Below are positions 31,447 through 32,000 of a DNA stretch of 32,000 nt, one piece after another (within the stretch, counting starts at the first letter, position 1; each line of letters starts with the position of its first letter). The position numbers and the translations under genes were made by a program. This DNA is from Xylanibacter ruminicola 23 (GTDB lineage Bacteria; Bacteroidota; Bacteroidia; Bacteroidales; Bacteroidaceae), in contig NC_014033.1 of the NCBI RefSeq assembly GCF_000025925.1, forward strand, positions 1,380,001 to 1,412,000. The letters are read 5' to 3'. The notes under the pieces are model-generated. The model saw only the letters and a program-made list of their open reading frames with translations. It was not told the origin of the DNA and did not search any database.

Positions 31447-31451
31447 ACATG

Positions 31452-32000
31452 TTAGTTATTAACCGAACCACCCACAATATCGAGCAATTCGGATGTAATG
31501 GCTTGCTGGCGGCTCTTGTTGTATTGCAAGTTGAGCTGGCGCAGCAATTCATCGGCATTATCAGTGGCCGTTTGCATAGCTACCATTCGGGCTGCATGCT
31601 CGGAGGCATTGCTATCCAACAGGGCTGTGTAGAGCATCAGGTGAGCCAGTTTTGGCATGAGCAGCGAGAGCACACAGTTCATGTCGGGCTCAACGATAAA
31701 GTTATCGTTAAGTGGCTTAACCTCTTCGCTCTTAGCACCCTCGTCCTTTCGCTCTCCCCTATTCTTAAGGTACTCCTGACTCTGCTTGGTGGCAATCACA
31801 CTCTCAAGATCGCGCTCATGATCGGCCTGCAACTCACTCTCCACATCGATAGGCAGGAAGGTTTTGCGGGTAAGCACCTGTGAGCCTGCACTCTTAAAGT
31901 GGTGATAGATGAGTTCTACCTTATCAATCTCGCCCTGAGCAAACTTACGACCCAGCTCCATGGCTATCTCGATGCAGTCGTGCACATTGGGATGATCGGC
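31452..32000 (-). CDS. atpG: F0F1 ATP synthase gamma subunit, C-terminal 182 codons (the 5' end lies beyond the right window edge)
   Basis: NASEHAARMVAMQTATDNADELLRQLNLQYNKSRQQAITSELLDIVGG is the conserved gamma C-terminal helix. The frame stays open to base 32000. Confidence 0.9.
   Translation of the reverse strand, partial: ADHPNVHDCIEIAMELGRKFAQGEIDKVELIYHHFKSAGSQVLTRKTFLPIDVESELQADHERDLESVIATKQSQEYLKNRGERKDEGAKSEEVKPLNDNFIVEPDMNCVLSLLMPKLAHLMLYTALLDSNASEHAARMVAMQTATDNADELLRQLNLQYNKSRQQAITSELLDIVGGSVNN

Noticed and set aside
19150-31450. Search for att-like direct repeats flanking the island or the primase module (19150-19270 against 24690-25040 and 31400-31450).
   Set aside because: By eye I found no shared segment of 10 nt or more beyond generic A/T runs. 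I cannot claim integration-site duplications without an empty-site comparison.
1-32000. CRISPR arrays, rRNA/tRNA genes, IS elements or transposases, toxin-antitoxin pairs, reverse transcriptases.
   Set aside because: No regularly spaced repeats of 24 nt or more with unique spacers were seen. No structured RNA gene signatures and no DDE/serine/tyrosine recombinase or RT motifs appear in any listed ORF. The tandem repeats present have only 2-3 short units.

Overview
This looks like a Bacteroidales-type chromosome segment. That is inferred from recurrent TAnnTTTG -7 promoter boxes, A/T-rich leaders instead of Shine-Dalgarno sites, and gene content; Prevotella-like is only a guess. All functional calls come from motif recognition by eye, not from searches.

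The window has four blocks:

1. 1-14.9 kb: a tightly packed exo-glycosidase cluster. A partial GH2 gene (minus strand) is divergent from GH29, GH92, GH29+discoidin, GH3, GH92 and cutC (plus strand, gaps of 0-56 bp). No SusC/SusD or regulator lies inside the window. The enzyme set fits deconstruction of fucosylated/mannosylated N-glycans. A secreted 802-aa transglutaminase/Png1-like gene converges on the cluster.

2. 14.9-19.2 kb: a minus-strand aromatic amino acid operon, pheA - aminotransferase - DAHP synthase/chorismate mutase - tyrA. The transglutaminase-like gene follows only 13 bp further on. The operon is preceded by what reads as a classical leader-peptide attenuator: a 25-codon ORF containing WFYGYYFYF, with mutually exclusive antiterminator and terminator stems.

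3. 19.2-31.4 kb: a visibly more AT-rich accessory island. I found no integrase, tRNA or flanking direct repeat. It holds:
- a 5.5-kb co-directional module of mostly uncharacterised genes ending in an AEP-primase/P-loop fusion
- glutaredoxin-like and sigma-region-4-only genes
- yccF-DUF4112
- umuDC
- a 164-bp composite palindrome
- an HU-like gene plus a 33-aa peptide gene
- a DnaQ-like exonuclease
- a frameshifted, truncated gene

4. 31.45-32.0 kb: the 3' part of atpG.

No rRNA, tRNA, CRISPR array or transposase was seen.

The best candidates for something undescribed are:
- the integrase-less primase-helicase module with its repeat-rich internal control region
- the Png1-like protein wired to both the glycan cluster and the aromatic operon
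- the palindrome/HU/peptide locus

The best-supported regulatory finding is the aromatic leader-peptide attenuator.
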